DNA of 63,816 bases, filler included, from Candidatus Rokuibacteriota bacterium (GCA_031406795.1; 7 parts of 7 records of this genome joined end to end with filler, not necessarily neighbours in it); one strand, 5' to 3'. Counted from the first letter of the whole stretch, positions 9,315-19,764 are shown. The notes: generated from the sequence alone by a model not told the origin. Program-made: numbers and translations.

Positions 9315-11543
9315 TCATTTGAACTGCTCCTGCCAGACCGTGACGCCGGTGTAATTGCCCCGTCCCGGGGTGGCGTTGCTGTAAGGGTTGACGCGCACCG
9401 AGCCGTTCCCCACGGTCGTCAGCAGCGTGGTCGGTGCTCCGGCCTCGTCGGTGACGGTGATCGTGAAATCGGCGGTGCCGGGAACCGCCGGTGTCGCCGC
9501 GAAAACCAGATCGAAGACGCCGGTGCCGGTGAACGGGATCCTCTCCGCCGGGTTCGGCGCGGTGAAGGTCGACCCGGAGATCGTCCATGTTTCAACGAGG
9601 TCGAAGAGCAGATTGGCCGCAAGCGCATAGCCGTCGGCGGACAGGGTCCAGCCCGCAGGCGCGGCGATCGCAACCCGATCGATGCTCGTCGGGTTGCCGC
9701 TCGCCGTGCTGCACCCGTGGTTCGTGATCGTCCAGGCCAGATGCTGATTCGTGCTCCGGGCGTAGGTCGTGTCGGGGCTGACGCCGACGGTGTAGCCGTT
9801 GATCTCCTGAGTATTTGAAGTCGCCGTCAGCGTCCGCGGGCCGCCGGAAGTGGCGTATCCGCTCACGTAATACCGGTCGTTCACGCCGCCGGTGACCGTC
9901 GCGGTCCAGGTGAAGGTCCCGGTTGCGCCGTGCGCGAGCGTGGCGACCGAGGCCGGCGCCGGCCCGGTGAAGGCGCCGATCGCCGCCGCTCCGGTGACGT
10001 GTCTCGTCAGCGGCGACGGGGTGACCGCATTGATCGGGACGCCCGTCCAGTTCGTGACGGTCATCGTGAAAGTTGCCGTGGAACCGGAGTAAAGGCAGGA
10101 GGGGGTCACGGCCAGTGCGGCGAAGACCGCGTAGTTGACGGTGCTGTCGTCGCGGGCGGTGTTGGTCCGGCTGTTGGCCGTCACGCTGGCGGTGTTCGTG
10201 ATCACCGTGCCGATGGGTGCGGCGGCGTTGACGGTCGCGTTGATGGAGAACGTCACGCGGCCGTCGTCGGGGAGCGCGGGTATGGTCAGCCCGGCGCCCT
10301 GCATGCCGGCAACCGTCAGACCGGCGGGGCAGAAGGCGCCGCCGACCGCGGAACAGGTGACTCCGCCGACGGTGAGATTGGCTGCGGCCGGATCTCTGAA
10401 GACAGCGGCATTGGCGGCGGCGGCGGAAAAGTCGGCGCCGGTGTTGTTGGTGATCGTCACGGTATAGGTTGACGACCCGCCGGGAATGACAACACTGACG
10501 CCGTCGGTGTTGGTGATCAGGGGCGGGGGGGACAACGTCACCGTGTCGATGTCGCTCACGGAGTTGCTCTGGCCATACACCGTCGCGCTGGCGGTGTTGG
10601 TGATCAGCGTGTCGATGGCTGCGCCGGCGTCGACAGTCGCGGTGATCGAAAATGTCACGTTGCTGCCGACCGGGAGCGCAGGAATGCTCAACCCTGCGCC
10701 CTGCATGCCGGCCACCGTCACGCCGGCCGGGCAGGAGGCGCCGTCGGCGGCGGCGCAGGTGACGCCGCTGACGTTGAGATTGGCCGCGGCCGGGTCCCTG
10801 AAGACGGCGGCGTTGCCGGCGGCGGAGGAATAGGCGATCCCGGTGTTGTTGGTGATGACCACGGTATAGGTGGTCACCGCGCCGGGCTTGATGTAGTCCG
10901 TGCCGTCGGTGTGGGTGACGAGGGGCAGGACGACCACCTCCACGGTTTGCAGCACCAGCGGCGCGTTGCACTTGGATTGCGCGGACGGGATGGGGTCCGC
11001 GATCGAGGAGCAGGTGCCGCCGGCGTTGACGTCCCAGGTCACCGTGAAGGGGATGGCGAGTTTGCCGCTCGTCGACCCGGCCGCGCTGCAGAGCACCGTG
11101 ACATTGGACATCCGGAAAGTGCCGGCCCCGGGGCCGTCGATGTCGCCGCAGACGTCGGCGTCCCAATCCTTGAACGGCAGCGGGTTTTTCGGCACCATGC
11201 CGACGCTGCAGGTGGCGGCGCCGTTGTGGGCTTTCGTGAGCCGGGTGCTCTTGCCGTCGTTGGCGAGAAAAACGCCGATGTCATAGCGCCTGGCGTTGCC
11301 GGCGTTGATGGTGACATCCAGGTCGAAGACCAGGGATTGCTCGCCGATGCACGAGGGCTGGCCGCCGGCGGCGATCGCGATGGAACTGATCGAGACGTCG
11401 CCGGCGGTGCAGCCCAGATCCGCGCCGAAACGGTCGGACGCGCACTGGTTGACCGGATAGGCCCGGGCGGCCGGGGTGAACGACGGCGCTGCCGACAGCG
11501 CCAGGATCAGGATCGTCAGCCGTGACGTGATGCGCATGCCCAT
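9315..11543 (-). CDS. Secreted Thr/Ala-rich adhesin with two DUF11-type repeats (MshQ/PilY1-position protein)
   Basis: Signal peptide; repeated TDG...PG...TYTVxITNNTG...ITNTASxT units; last gene of the minor pilin run. Confidence 0.75.
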   Translation of the reverse strand: MGMRITSRLTILILALSAAPSFTPAARAYPVNQCASDRFGADLGCTAGDVSISSIAIAAGGQPSCIGEQSLVFDLDVTINAGNARRYDIGVFLANDGKSTRLTKAHNGAATCSVGMVPKNPLPFKDWDADVCGDIDGPGAGTFRMSNVTVLCSAAGSTSGKLAIPFTVTWDVNAGGTCSSIADPIPSAQSKCNAPLVLQTVEVVVLPLVTHTDGTDYIKPGAVTTYTVVITNNTGIAYSSAAGNAAVFRDPAAANLNVSGVTCAAADGASCPAGVTVAGMQGAGLSIPALPVGSNVTFSITATVDAGAAIDTLITNTASATVYGQSNSVSDIDTVTLSPPPLITNTDGVSVVIPGGSSTYTVTITNNTGADFSAAAANAAVFRDPAAANLTVGGVTCSAVGGAFCPAGLTVAGMQGAGLTIPALPDDGRVTFSINATVNAAAPIGTVITNTASVTANSRTNTARDDSTVNYAVFAALAVTPSCLYSGSTATFTMTVTNWTGVPINAVTPSPLTRHVTGAAAIGAFTGPAPASVATLAHGATGTFTWTATVTGGVNDRYYVSGYATSGGPRTLTATSNTQEINGYTVGVSPDTTYARSTNQHLAWTITNHGCSTASGNPTSIDRVAIAAPAGWTLSADGYALAANLLFDLVETWTISGSTFTAPNPAERIPFTGTGVFDLVFAATPAVPGTADFTITVTDEAGAPTTLLTTVGNGSVRVNPYSNATPGRGNYTGVTVWQEQFK

Positions 11544-11553
11544 TCTCCCTGCT

Positions 11554-12543
11554 TCAGCGTTGGACCGTGGTTCTCGCGATGCGGGCGGTCGCGCCGACCG
11601 TGCCGGTGGAGACGATTTCCGCCTCGAAGTCGGGCGCGGCGGCGTTCGGGAGCAGCGGCGTCACGGGGGTTCCGGCCGCATGCGCCGGGGCGGGCGTGCA
11701 AGACGCGCAACTGCCGTTCCGACAGCGCTCCACGCCCCGGAGGGTCAGCACGCCGCCGGCGCTCGAGGAACCGGCGTAGGAGATTTCCTCTCCCGCCACA
11801 GCCAGGGTGCCGCCGCCGAGCAGCTTGGGGTGTGTGGCGACGCGCAGCGCGAGGATCGTGGCGCAGGTGTTGGGCAGGGCGTCGAGGAGCGTGGTGACCG
11901 GGTAGACCCGCGACCCGCGGGCGTGCGCTCCGGGGGTGCCGCCGCTGCCGCCGATCGTCACGTTGCGGGTGATGCCGGTGAAGGTGGCGCCGGCGATCCC
12001 GGTGTACTGGACGAACTCCGCGTCCGTCGCGAGGTCGTCCCCGATCTGGAGAAAACCGGTGCCGGGAAAGCGATCCGTGGTGTAGGCCCGGATCGCGGGC
12101 GGCGGGATGCAGGAGGGAAGCGCCGGGTTGCACATGCGCGCGCTGAGCATCGTCGCCGGCAGGGTCGTGGCGGCGGTGAACTTCCCCGCGCCGAGGTTCC
12201 TGCCGGTGGTGGTGAGCAGCGGGTCCGCGCTGCTGCGATACCAGTCCAGGTTCATCGCCAGATCGCGCTGGTGGAAGGCCAGGCCCCCTTCGGCTGCGGC
12301 GAAGGCGCGCGTGGACTGAAGCTCGTCCGTGCTGATCGACGTGCTCGTCGTGAACGTGGTGAGAAAGACGGCGCCCAGGAACGCCAGCACGATGAGCAGG
12401 AACACGGCGGCGATGATCAGGAAGGCGCCTCGTTGCCGGTCGGCGGTGTCGCGACGCGCGCGCGGGACCCGGACGGTGGCGCCGGTCGGCGGGGGGGCTT
12501 CGGGTTCCGGCGAAGGGTTCGGGAGGAGCGACGTCGCCGCCAT
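11554..12543 (-). CDS. PilX/MshP-like minor pilin or pilus assembly protein
   Basis: RQRG|AFLIIAAVFLLIVLAFLG, RAFAAAEGGL; TGATG coupling to upstream gene. Confidence 0.8.
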   Translation of the reverse strand: MAATSLLPNPSPEPEAPPPTGATVRVPRARRDTADRQRGAFLIIAAVFLLIVLAFLGAVFLTTFTTSTSISTDELQSTRAFAAAEGGLAFHQRDLAMNLDWYRSSADPLLTTTGRNLGAGKFTAATTLPATMLSARMCNPALPSCIPPPAIRAYTTDRFPGTGFLQIGDDLATDAEFVQYTGIAGATFTGITRNVTIGGSGGTPGAHARGSRVYPVTTLLDALPNTCATILALRVATHPKLLGGGTLAVAGEEISYAGSSSAGGVLTLRGVERCRNGSCASCTPAPAHAAGTPVTPLLPNAAAPDFEAEIVSTGTVGATARIARTTVQR

Positions 12544-13136
12544 CAGTTGAAATTCCGTGGGTGGACCCGGCTGCGGACCCGCAGGCTTTCGGTTGCCTGG
12601 GCGCAGGTCAGGTCGATTTCGACGAACCAGATGTCGGTTGCCGCGGCGGGATTCGGCGGCACGGGACACGAAGTGCTCGCCGCGCCGTTCATGTCGAGAA
12701 AACGGAACGGCTGGGCTGAGGTCACTCCCTGCGCGAGGGTGTCTCCCCCCCGGTTCAGGACCCCCCCGGCGACGCTGAAGGCCACCGCCACGCCGGTGAT
12801 GTCGGTGAAGGAGAGCGTTGCGGCGGGGTTGGCCGCGCCGACGATGTCCGCGCAGCTGCGGATCGAACGGGCCTCGCGGGTTACGCGCTCCACGGCGAGC
12901 CGCGCCTGGGAGTGCGCGTCCCCGCGGTCCTGCTCGGTCGAGTAGGAGCGGATTCCCTGGAGGGCGAACTGCGAGGCGACCGCGGCGATGATTCCCAGGA
13001 TGAGCATCGTGAGCACCAGTTCAATCAGGGTAAAGCCGCCGCTGTCTTGAGCGGGCGCGCTGCGGCGGGGGAGCTGCCGGACGCGCGTGCGACGCGAAGG
13101 GAGAGACCCGTGGCCCCCGTCGCGCAGTCTGTTCAT
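12543..13136 (-). CDS. Prepilin-type minor pilin (MshO/PilW-like)
   Basis: GG|FTLIELVLTMLILGII N-methylation motif. Confidence 0.85.
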   Translation of the reverse strand: MNRLRDGGHGSLPSRRTRVRQLPRRSAPAQDSGGFTLIELVLTMLILGIIAAVASQFALQGIRSYSTEQDRGDAHSQARLAVERVTREARSIRSCADIVGAANPAATLSFTDITGVAVAFSVAGGVLNRGGDTLAQGVTSAQPFRFLDMNGAASTSCPVPPNPAAATDIWFVEIDLTCAQATESLRVRSRVHPRNFN

Positions 13137-13169
13137 GGTGGCGAGTACGGCGGACACCGCGCGCTCCCG

Positions 13170-13598
13170 TCAGTAATCGGTCACGAGGGACTCCACCGTG
13201 ACCCCGCCGGAGAGTGCGGCATGCGCGACGGTGACGGTGGTGTGGAGATACCCGGAGGCGCAGGGCGGGGCGCCGGTGGAGGTGTTGAGGTCGGCGGCGG
13301 CGACGCAGAAGGCGGTTGTCGTTCGGGAGAAGCCCGGGAATCCCAGCGCGGCGGCGTTTTCCGCGGGATAGTTGACGGCGGCGTTTTCGACGAAGGCGTA
13401 GCCCCGCGCCGGGTTCATGCGGTCACCGATGATGGTGTCCAGCCGCTCCTGGGCCAGTTGCAGGGCCTGGTTCTCCAGCAACGGGTCAGCGCTCTTTTTC
13501 GTGCCGGTGCTGAAGACCGACATCAGCCCGGCGGAGGCGATCCCCAGGATCACGATGACGATCACGAGCTCGATCAGGCTGAACCCGTCTTCGTTCAA
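13170..13598 (-). CDS. Prepilin-type minor pilin (MshD/PilV-like)
   Basis: DG|FSLIELVIVIVILGIA; ADPLLENQALQLAQ. Confidence 0.85.
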   Translation of the reverse strand: MNEDGFSLIELVIVIVILGIASAGLMSVFSTGTKKSADPLLENQALQLAQERLDTIIGDRMNPARGYAFVENAAVNYPAENAAALGFPGFSRTTTAFCVAAADLNTSTGAPPCASGYLHTTVTVAHAALSGGVTVESLVTDY

Positions 13599-14128
13599 TT
13601 GACCGCTCCTGTCCCGGGGGCGACCGTGACGGTGCCGGCGGCGGCGGGGGCCTCCGGGACGGTGATCGTCATCCCGGCCGCGGCGACCGAGCAGATCGCG
13701 AGGTTGGACTGGCAGTCATAGGGCGTGCCCAGGGAATCGTATTCCAGGCAGGCGGGGCCGGCCGGGACGGTCGTGATCGTGATGCCGGCGTAGTCGCCGG
13801 TGCCGAGCGCGACGGCGAGGCTGCCGCTGCGATCCGGGCTGTCCACCGCGATGAAGGCGTTGCACAGCCCGGCCGCGCCGTCGACCACCACGGCGTACCC
13901 GGGGTCGGGCGCCCCCCCGGCGCCGTTGAAATAGACGCGCGCCCGCCGGTTCCTGGTCATCGCCACGCTCTGGGCGAAGCGGATGTCGGCGCGCAGTTTC
14001 TTCGCGAACGCCGCGGCCTTCATCGACGTGACATTGCCGATCTTTTCGACAAGAAACACCGAGAGGACGGCGACAACGAGCAGAACGACGACCAGTTCGA
14101 CGAGCGTGAAGCCCTTCTGGCTGAGCAT
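13595..14128 (-). CDS. Prepilin-type minor pilin (MshC/FimT-like)
   Basis: QKG|FTLVELVVVLLVVAVL; LRADIRFAQSVAM. Confidence 0.85.
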   Translation of the reverse strand: MLSQKGFTLVELVVVLLVVAVLSVFLVEKIGNVTSMKAAAFAKKLRADIRFAQSVAMTRNRRARVYFNGAGGAPDPGYAVVVDGAAGLCNAFIAVDSPDRSGSLAVALGTGDYAGITITTVPAGPACLEYDSLGTPYDCQSNLAICSVAAAGMTITVPEAPAAAGTVTVAPGTGAVN

Positions 14129-14147
14129 GTCCGCTCGCCCCCGGCCG

Positions 14148-15854
14148 TCATTCCTCGGCGGAGTGGCCGAAGGTGGCACGGATGATCTCCTCGAAGCTCG
14201 TCAGGCCCGCGAGCACCTTGTCCAGTCCGTCGTCCCGCAGGGTGCGCATCCCCTGCGAGACCGCTCGCGCCTGGATGATGTCGGCCGGCGTCCTGGTCAT
14301 GATCAACTCCTGGATCTGCGCGTCCACACTCAGCAGCTCGAACAGGCCGACCCGGCCCAGATACCCCGTGCCACGGCACTGCTTGCAGCCCCGGCCGCGA
14401 TAGAAGACCACGCCCTCCCGCCGCGCCACGGCGAAATCCTTGCGGATCTTCTCGCCCGGAGTGTGGGCCTCGCGGCAGTGGGGGCAGATCCTGCGCACCA
14501 GGCGCTGGGCCAGCGCGGCCTCGAGGGATGACGCCACCAGATAGGGGTCGAGCCCCATGTCGAGGAGTCTCGTGATCGCGGAGGCGGCGGTCTGCGTGTG
14601 CAGCGTGGAGAAGACCTGGTGGCCGGTGAGCGCGGCGCGGACAGCGATCTCGGCGCTCTCGAGGTCGCGGATCTCGCCGATCATGATGATGTCCGGGTCC
14701 TGGCGGACCATCGCGCGCAAGCCTTCGGCGAAGGTCAGACCCGCCTTGACGTTGACCTGGCCCTGCGTCAGGCCGTCGATCTTGTACTCGACGGGGTCTT
14801 CGATGGTCAGGGTGTTCTTGTCCTCGGAGCGCACCCGCTGCATGACGGCGTAGAGGGTCGTGGATTTACCAGCGCCGGTCGGCCCGACCACCAGGAAGAG
14901 GCCGTAGGGGCTGGCGATGGTCTCCTCGAGCCGCGGGAGCAGCGCCTCGGGCATGCCGAGTTCCCCGAGGGTCTTCAGGCCGAGGCTGCGGTCGAGGATG
15001 CGGATGGCGATCTTCTCCCCGTGGATGGAGGGATAGGTGGCGATGCGCAGATCCACGATCCGGTCGCCCAGGTTGAGCTCGACCTGGCCGTCCTGGGGGA
15101 TGCGCCGCTCGGCGATGTCGAGGTTCGACATGATCTTGATGCGGGAGGCCACCGGCAGCGCGAGGCGCAGCGGGATGCGGGCGAACTCCCGGAGACGCCC
15201 GTCGATCCGGAACCGGATCCTGATGTCCTCGGACCCGGGTTCGATGTGGATGTCGCTCGCCCGCTCCTGGATGGCCTGCGTGAGGAGCGAGTTGACCAGA
15301 CGCACCACCGGGGGGCCCTCCGCCAGGCGCTGCAGGCGCTGGGGCTGGTCCTCGCGGATCGCCGCGGCCTCTTCGGTGAAGCCGCGTATGCCCTCGACGA
15401 GGTCCGCGAGGGACTGGGACGTGCCGTAGTACTGTACGAGGGCCTCCTGGATCGCCGCGTCGCTGGACACGACCGCCTCCACCTCGCACTTGGCGTGGCG
15501 GCGCACCGAGTCCAGGGCCATGACATCGAGCGGGTCGGCCATGGCCACCGTCAGGACGTTCTCGATCTTGAAGAGCGGCAGGATGCGGTGTTGGCGCGCG
15601 ACCTTCTCGGGGACGAGGCGGATGATCTCGGGGTCGATCAGGTAGTCCTTCAGGTTCACGTGGGGCAGATTGAGCCGCTCCGCGAGGAAGGCGAGCAGTT
15701 TGTCCTCGGCGACCAGCCCCATCTTCACCAGCACCGTGCCGAGGGATTCGCCGGTCCTGGCCTGCGCGGTGCGGGCGCGGACCATCTCCTCCGCCCGCAC
15801 CAGCCCTTCGCGGACCAGGCGGTCCCCAAGTTCGCTCGCCGGGTTCTCCCTCAT
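14148..15854 (-). CDS. pilB: Type IV pilus/T2SS extension ATPase (PilB/MshE/GspE) with MshEN-like N-terminus
   Basis: ASDIHIEP, GPTGAGKSTT, TIEDPVEY, RQDPDIIMIGEIRD, LTGHQVFSTLHT, Cys tetrad. Confidence 0.93.
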   Translation of the reverse strand: MRENPASELGDRLVREGLVRAEEMVRARTAQARTGESLGTVLVKMGLVAEDKLLAFLAERLNLPHVNLKDYLIDPEIIRLVPEKVARQHRILPLFKIENVLTVAMADPLDVMALDSVRRHAKCEVEAVVSSDAAIQEALVQYYGTSQSLADLVEGIRGFTEEAAAIREDQPQRLQRLAEGPPVVRLVNSLLTQAIQERASDIHIEPGSEDIRIRFRIDGRLREFARIPLRLALPVASRIKIMSNLDIAERRIPQDGQVELNLGDRIVDLRIATYPSIHGEKIAIRILDRSLGLKTLGELGMPEALLPRLEETIASPYGLFLVVGPTGAGKSTTLYAVMQRVRSEDKNTLTIEDPVEYKIDGLTQGQVNVKAGLTFAEGLRAMVRQDPDIIMIGEIRDLESAEIAVRAALTGHQVFSTLHTQTAASAITRLLDMGLDPYLVASSLEAALAQRLVRRICPHCREAHTPGEKIRKDFAVARREGVVFYRGRGCKQCRGTGYLGRVGLFELLSVDAQIQELIMTRTPADIIQARAVSQGMRTLRDDGLDKVLAGLTSFEEIIRATFGHSAEE

Positions 15855-15855
15855 T

Positions 15856-16257
15856 TCAGGCCTGCGGCGGGTTCCCGCCGGGGGGGAGGTGCTTTCTCAC
15901 GAGGCGCAGCATGGTTTCCATCTCGAACGGCTTGGTCATGTATTCGTCCGCGCCGGTCTCCATGCCGAGCGTGCGATCCTTCTCCTGGGTGCGCGCGGTC
16001 ATCATGATGATGGCGATGTGCTTGAATTTCTCGTCGAACTTCAGCAGACGGCAGACCTTGAAGCCGTTGAGCTTGGGCAGCATGATGTCGAGCAGGATCA
16101 GGTCCGGGTTGGCCTCTCTCGTCATCCGCACGGCCTCGATGCCGTCGGCGGCCACGAGGCACTCGTAGCCGGCGTGCTCCAGCGCGAACTTCACCGTCTC
16201 GGCGATGAAGACCTCGTCGTCCACGATCAGGATTCTCTTCTTGCGTTCCTCGCTCAT
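15856..16257 (-). CDS. Single-domain response regulator
   Basis: ILIVDDE, PDLILLDIMLP, YMTKPF. Confidence 0.93.
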   Translation of the reverse strand: MSEERKKRILIVDDEVFIAETVKFALEHAGYECLVAADGIEAVRMTREANPDLILLDIMLPKLNGFKVCRLLKFDEKFKHIAIIMMTARTQEKDRTLGMETGADEYMTKPFEMETMLRLVRKHLPPGGNPPQA

Positions 16258-16303
16258 GCTGCCTCTTTCTGTGGCCTGGTCGATCGTCTGCCCTCGCGCC
16301 CGT

Positions 16304-18091
16304 TCAGGGTGGTTGAACCCGCGGCGTGAGGAAGATCAGGAGTTCATTGCGGACTTTCTGTTCGCTGCGCGAGCGGAACAGCCAGCCGAGCAGGGGGATG
16401 CGGCCGAGCAGGGGGACCTGGGACGTGACGCCGTCCTCCTGCTGGGTGTAGAGTCCGCCGATGACGCCGGTTTCGCCGTCCTGGAGCGTGACGCGGGTGG
16501 TCACCGACTTGGTGTCGACGGAGAAGTTCTTCTCGCCCTGGAGGATGATCTCCTGCCCGCGGGTATCCTTGTTCACCACCAGGTCGAGGATGATCCGCCC
16601 CCCCGGCAGCACGGACGGAACGACCTTGAGCTGCAGCACGATGTCCTTGAAATTGACGGTCTGCGTCGTCGTGGCGACGGAGCCGACGGTGCCGACGGTC
16701 GAGGCGGTCGAGGTGTAGGGGATCTGCTCGCCGACGCGGATGACGGCCTCTTTGCCCTGCATGGCCATGATCGACGGCGTCGAGAGGATCTTGATCTTGT
16801 CCATCTTTTCCATCGCGGAGAGCTTGAGGTCGAGCGAGAGCACGTTGGCGATGTGGCCCAGCGAGATGCCGACACCGGCGACCGGCGCGTTGGCAGGGAG
16901 GTTCACGAGGAAGTTCCCCGGAGGGCCCTGGGTCCCGCCGACGCTGACCGAGTTGGGAAAGGCGTACGGGGTGGCGTTGCCGTGCGCGGCGTCGGCGTTG
17001 AACTGGGCGCCCCACTGGATGCCCAGCTCCTTCTGGTAGATGTCCTTGACCTCGACGATCCGGGCCTCGATCTTGATCTGGGGGAAGGGCTTGTCGAGTT
17101 CCCTGATCAGGGCGGCGATCCTCTCGACGCGCTCCGGCGTGTCGGTGATGACCAGCGTGTTGATGCGCGGAAAGATCTTGATGCCGGGCATCTGCGCGAG
17201 CGCGCTGCTGCGGTGTTCGGGTGCCGCGGGGCCGCCAGCTGCCGTGCCGCCTTCCGGGCTGCTCTGCGCCGCGGACTCCCGCCCGGCCGGCACGACGCTG
17301 TCCTTCGGCGGCGGCGACGAGAGCATCGGCTGGAGCGTCCTGGCGAGGTTTTCGAGTTGTCGCTCCACGACATCGCCGGCGCCGGCGCTGACGCTGACGC
17401 TGACGGCATCCACGAGGTAGAGAATCTTGACGGCGCGGCTGACGAACGAGCCCGGGAGCGGGTTCCTGGTGACCAGGACGATGCCGTCCGTCGTCGAATA
17501 GGAGCTGCCGAAACCCTGCAGGATGAGGTGGAGGGCCTGGTCCAGCGTCACGTCCTTGAGACTGACGGAAATCCTCCCGGTGATCTCGTCCCCGACGATG
17601 ATGTTCAGACCGCTCTTCTGCCCGAGCAGGCGGAACACGTCCTTGGCCTCCGCGTCGCGAAAATCGAGGGAGAAGAGCCGGGCCGCGGGCTGCCCGCCGG
17701 CTGCCTCGCCTTCCTTCATCGTGATGACGATCTGTTCGGGAACGGCCTTCGCGAGCGCGCTTTTTCTGACGACGACGATGCCGTCGCTGGTCGAGGAGGA
17801 GTAGCCGAAACTCTCCAGGATGGAGGCGAGCGCCTGCTCCAGCGTCACTTCCTTGAAACTGACCGTGACTTTTCCGGTCACGTCGTCGCCGACGAGGATG
17901 TTGATGCCGTTCTCCTGTCCGAGCAGGCGCAGCACGTCCTTGATGTCGGCGTCGCGGAATTCCAGCGAAAACCGGCGGGGGGGCGGCGCCTGGCCGGTGT
18001 TCTCCTCGCCCCGGGCGAGCGAGCGGCCCGCGGCGCTGCAGCAGAGGGCGACGCTCAGCGCAGCCAGCAATGTACGTCCCCAGTTCTTCAC
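16304..18091 (-). CDS. pilQ: Type IV pilus secretin
   Basis: Two STN/N0-like repeats (SLEFRDADIKDVLRLL), PQIKIEARIVEV, VPLLGRIPLLGWLFRS, ELLIFLTPR. Confidence 0.92.
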   Translation of the reverse strand: MKNWGRTLLAALSVALCCSAAGRSLARGEENTGQAPPPRRFSLEFRDADIKDVLRLLGQENGINILVGDDVTGKVTVSFKEVTLEQALASILESFGYSSSTSDGIVVVRKSALAKAVPEQIVITMKEGEAAGGQPAARLFSLDFRDAEAKDVFRLLGQKSGLNIIVGDEITGRISVSLKDVTLDQALHLILQGFGSSYSTTDGIVLVTRNPLPGSFVSRAVKILYLVDAVSVSVSAGAGDVVERQLENLARTLQPMLSSPPPKDSVVPAGRESAAQSSPEGGTAAGGPAAPEHRSSALAQMPGIKIFPRINTLVITDTPERVERIAALIRELDKPFPQIKIEARIVEVKDIYQKELGIQWGAQFNADAAHGNATPYAFPNSVSVGGTQGPPGNFLVNLPANAPVAGVGISLGHIANVLSLDLKLSAMEKMDKIKILSTPSIMAMQGKEAVIRVGEQIPYTSTASTVGTVGSVATTTQTVNFKDIVLQLKVVPSVLPGGRIILDLVVNKDTRGQEIILQGEKNFSVDTKSVTTRVTLQDGETGVIGGLYTQQEDGVTSQVPLLGRIPLLGWLFRSRSEQKVRNELLIFLTPRVQPP

Positions 18092-18134
18092 ACTCGTACC
18101 CCTCCGCCGTGCGAAAAACACCGTATTTTCATTC

Positions 18135-18575
18135 TCACTCGCGGGAGAGCGGAATGTAAAGCTTTTCCTGCATGAAAAGCGTCACTTTCCCCTCGCCTCG
18201 CTGGAACAGCACCCGGTGCTTCGCGATCTCGAGCACCTTCATGTCCAGAAAGGCGTCCCCCGGCCGCAGGATCGTCCCGTTCACCACGGCAGCGACGCTC
18301 TCGGGACCCTGCAGGACCGCCGTCAGCTGCAGCGGCGGCAACGCGGGAAGTTTCGCCTGCTCGCCGGGCTCCGCGGCGCGCGGCACGATCGGGGATCGGA
18401 ACGGGTCTTTCACCGGCGGCAGCGGGGGCTCGGCGGCGGGCAGTTCGAGCACGCCGGAGAGAGAGGCCCGCGGCTCCTCCGCGGCTGCGCCCGCCGCGCC
18501 CGCGAGCGTCATCGCACCGCCGGCCGCAAGCCAGGTCGCCAGCGCCATGATCGGGATAGACCGGTGTCTCGTCAC
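18135..18575 (-). CDS. PilP/MshK-like protein
   Basis: KDPFRSP, LQLTAVL, AVVNGTILRPGD; position between pilO and pilQ. Confidence 0.7.
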   Translation of the reverse strand: MTRHRSIPIMALATWLAAGGAMTLAGAAGAAAEEPRASLSGVLELPAAEPPLPPVKDPFRSPIVPRAAEPGEQAKLPALPPLQLTAVLQGPESVAAVVNGTILRPGDAFLDMKVLEIAKHRVLFQRGEGKVTLFMQEKLYIPLSRE

Positions 18576-19177
18576 GGGCTTGTCCCCAGGACGAATGTCG
18601 CGGCCGCGATGGAAGCCCTCAGCCTGACCGAAGTGCCGGCCGCGCTCCCGAGCGCAACGCGCCGGATCGTCACCAGACGGGGGAGCGCTTCGAGGCGCGC
18701 GAGGTAACGGGTGAGCGACTGATAGGTGCCCTCGAGTTCGAGCGTGAACGGCAGTTCCTGGAGTTCGCCCCGCTTCTGCGGCGGCGCGGGGGTGATGGAG
18801 AGAAACACGACCCCGTCCTCCGCTTCGGGAGCGGTGAGATTGCGGAGGAAGGAAGCGAGTTCGCGGCGTTCGGGGACGCGGGCCAGCGTCTCCTTCAGTT
18901 GCCGGCGGGTCTCGGCCAGGGTGCGTTGCAGCGACTCCTCTCCCTGTGCGGTGCTCCTGAGGGCCGCGATCTGCTGGCGCAGCGCCGCCGTGCCGGGGAG
19001 CAGGGCCCGGATCTCCTCCTCCAGCTGCAGTCGGGCCTCGCGCCGCGGCAGCACCAGCGTGACCAGACCAAGCCAGAAAGCGAGCGCGACCAGAGCGCCG
19101 AGCAGCAGGTAGCGGGTGCGCGCGGGCGCTCTTCCCCAGGCTGTCCGAAGCGCGGCGCCTCCGGAGGGTTGACCCAT
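18572..19177 (-). CDS. pilO: Type IV pilus alignment protein PilO
   Basis: TM helix, coiled coil, ELPFTLELEGTYQSLTRYLARLEALPRLV. Confidence 0.88.
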   Translation of the reverse strand: MGQPSGGAALRTAWGRAPARTRYLLLGALVALAFWLGLVTLVLPRREARLQLEEEIRALLPGTAALRQQIAALRSTAQGEESLQRTLAETRRQLKETLARVPERRELASFLRNLTAPEAEDGVVFLSITPAPPQKRGELQELPFTLELEGTYQSLTRYLARLEALPRLVTIRRVALGSAAGTSVRLRASIAAATFVLGTSP

Positions 19178-19764
19178 CAGCGTGCCCGGACCTGGCAGGA
19201 GAGGTTGAAATCAACGATTTCGCGGTCCAGATACGTCCCCGTGGCAGTCGAGATCAACGCGACTTCCTGGAATTCCTGGTCGCGTTCGAGGTTGCCTAGC
19301 AGTTCGGAAATCCGCTGGTGTGAGAGGGCTTTGCCCTGGAAACGCAAGGCCAGGGGCGTCGGTGCGCCCGCGTCCGGCACGATGGTTTCGACGGCGGTGA
19401 GCCAGAGCCCCTCCGGCGTGAGGCGGCTGATCCTGACCAGGAGTTCGGACCATGATCGTCGCCCCTGCTGCAGGGACGCGAGCGCGTCGAGTCGGGCCTG
19501 CAGTGCGGCCTCCTCGGCGGCCAGCGCCTGGATCCGGCCGACGGCGGCAGCCGCGGTCTGCAGCTCCGCCGTCAGGAGGTCGCGCTCCCTGACGATTTCG
19601 CTGCGGCGCTGCGCGAGCGAGCCGCGTTTCAGGATCTCCCGGCCGCCGAGCAGCATGAGCGAGGCGGCCACGAGACCCAGTGCCAGCACAAACCAGCCGA
19701 TCTCGGGTCCGCCCGTCGCCCGGGCTCGCTTCTGGGAGGGGAGAAGGTTGATGCGCTCGATCAT
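19177..19764 (-). CDS. pilN: Type IV pilus alignment protein PilN
   Basis: MIERINLLP motif, TM helix, PEGLWLT. Confidence 0.9.
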   Translation of the reverse strand: MIERINLLPSQKRARATGGPEIGWFVLALGLVAASLMLLGGREILKRGSLAQRRSEIVRERDLLTAELQTAAAAVGRIQALAAEEAALQARLDALASLQQGRRSWSELLVRISRLTPEGLWLTAVETIVPDAGAPTPLALRFQGKALSHQRISELLGNLERDQEFQEVALISTATGTYLDREIVDFNLSCQVRAR

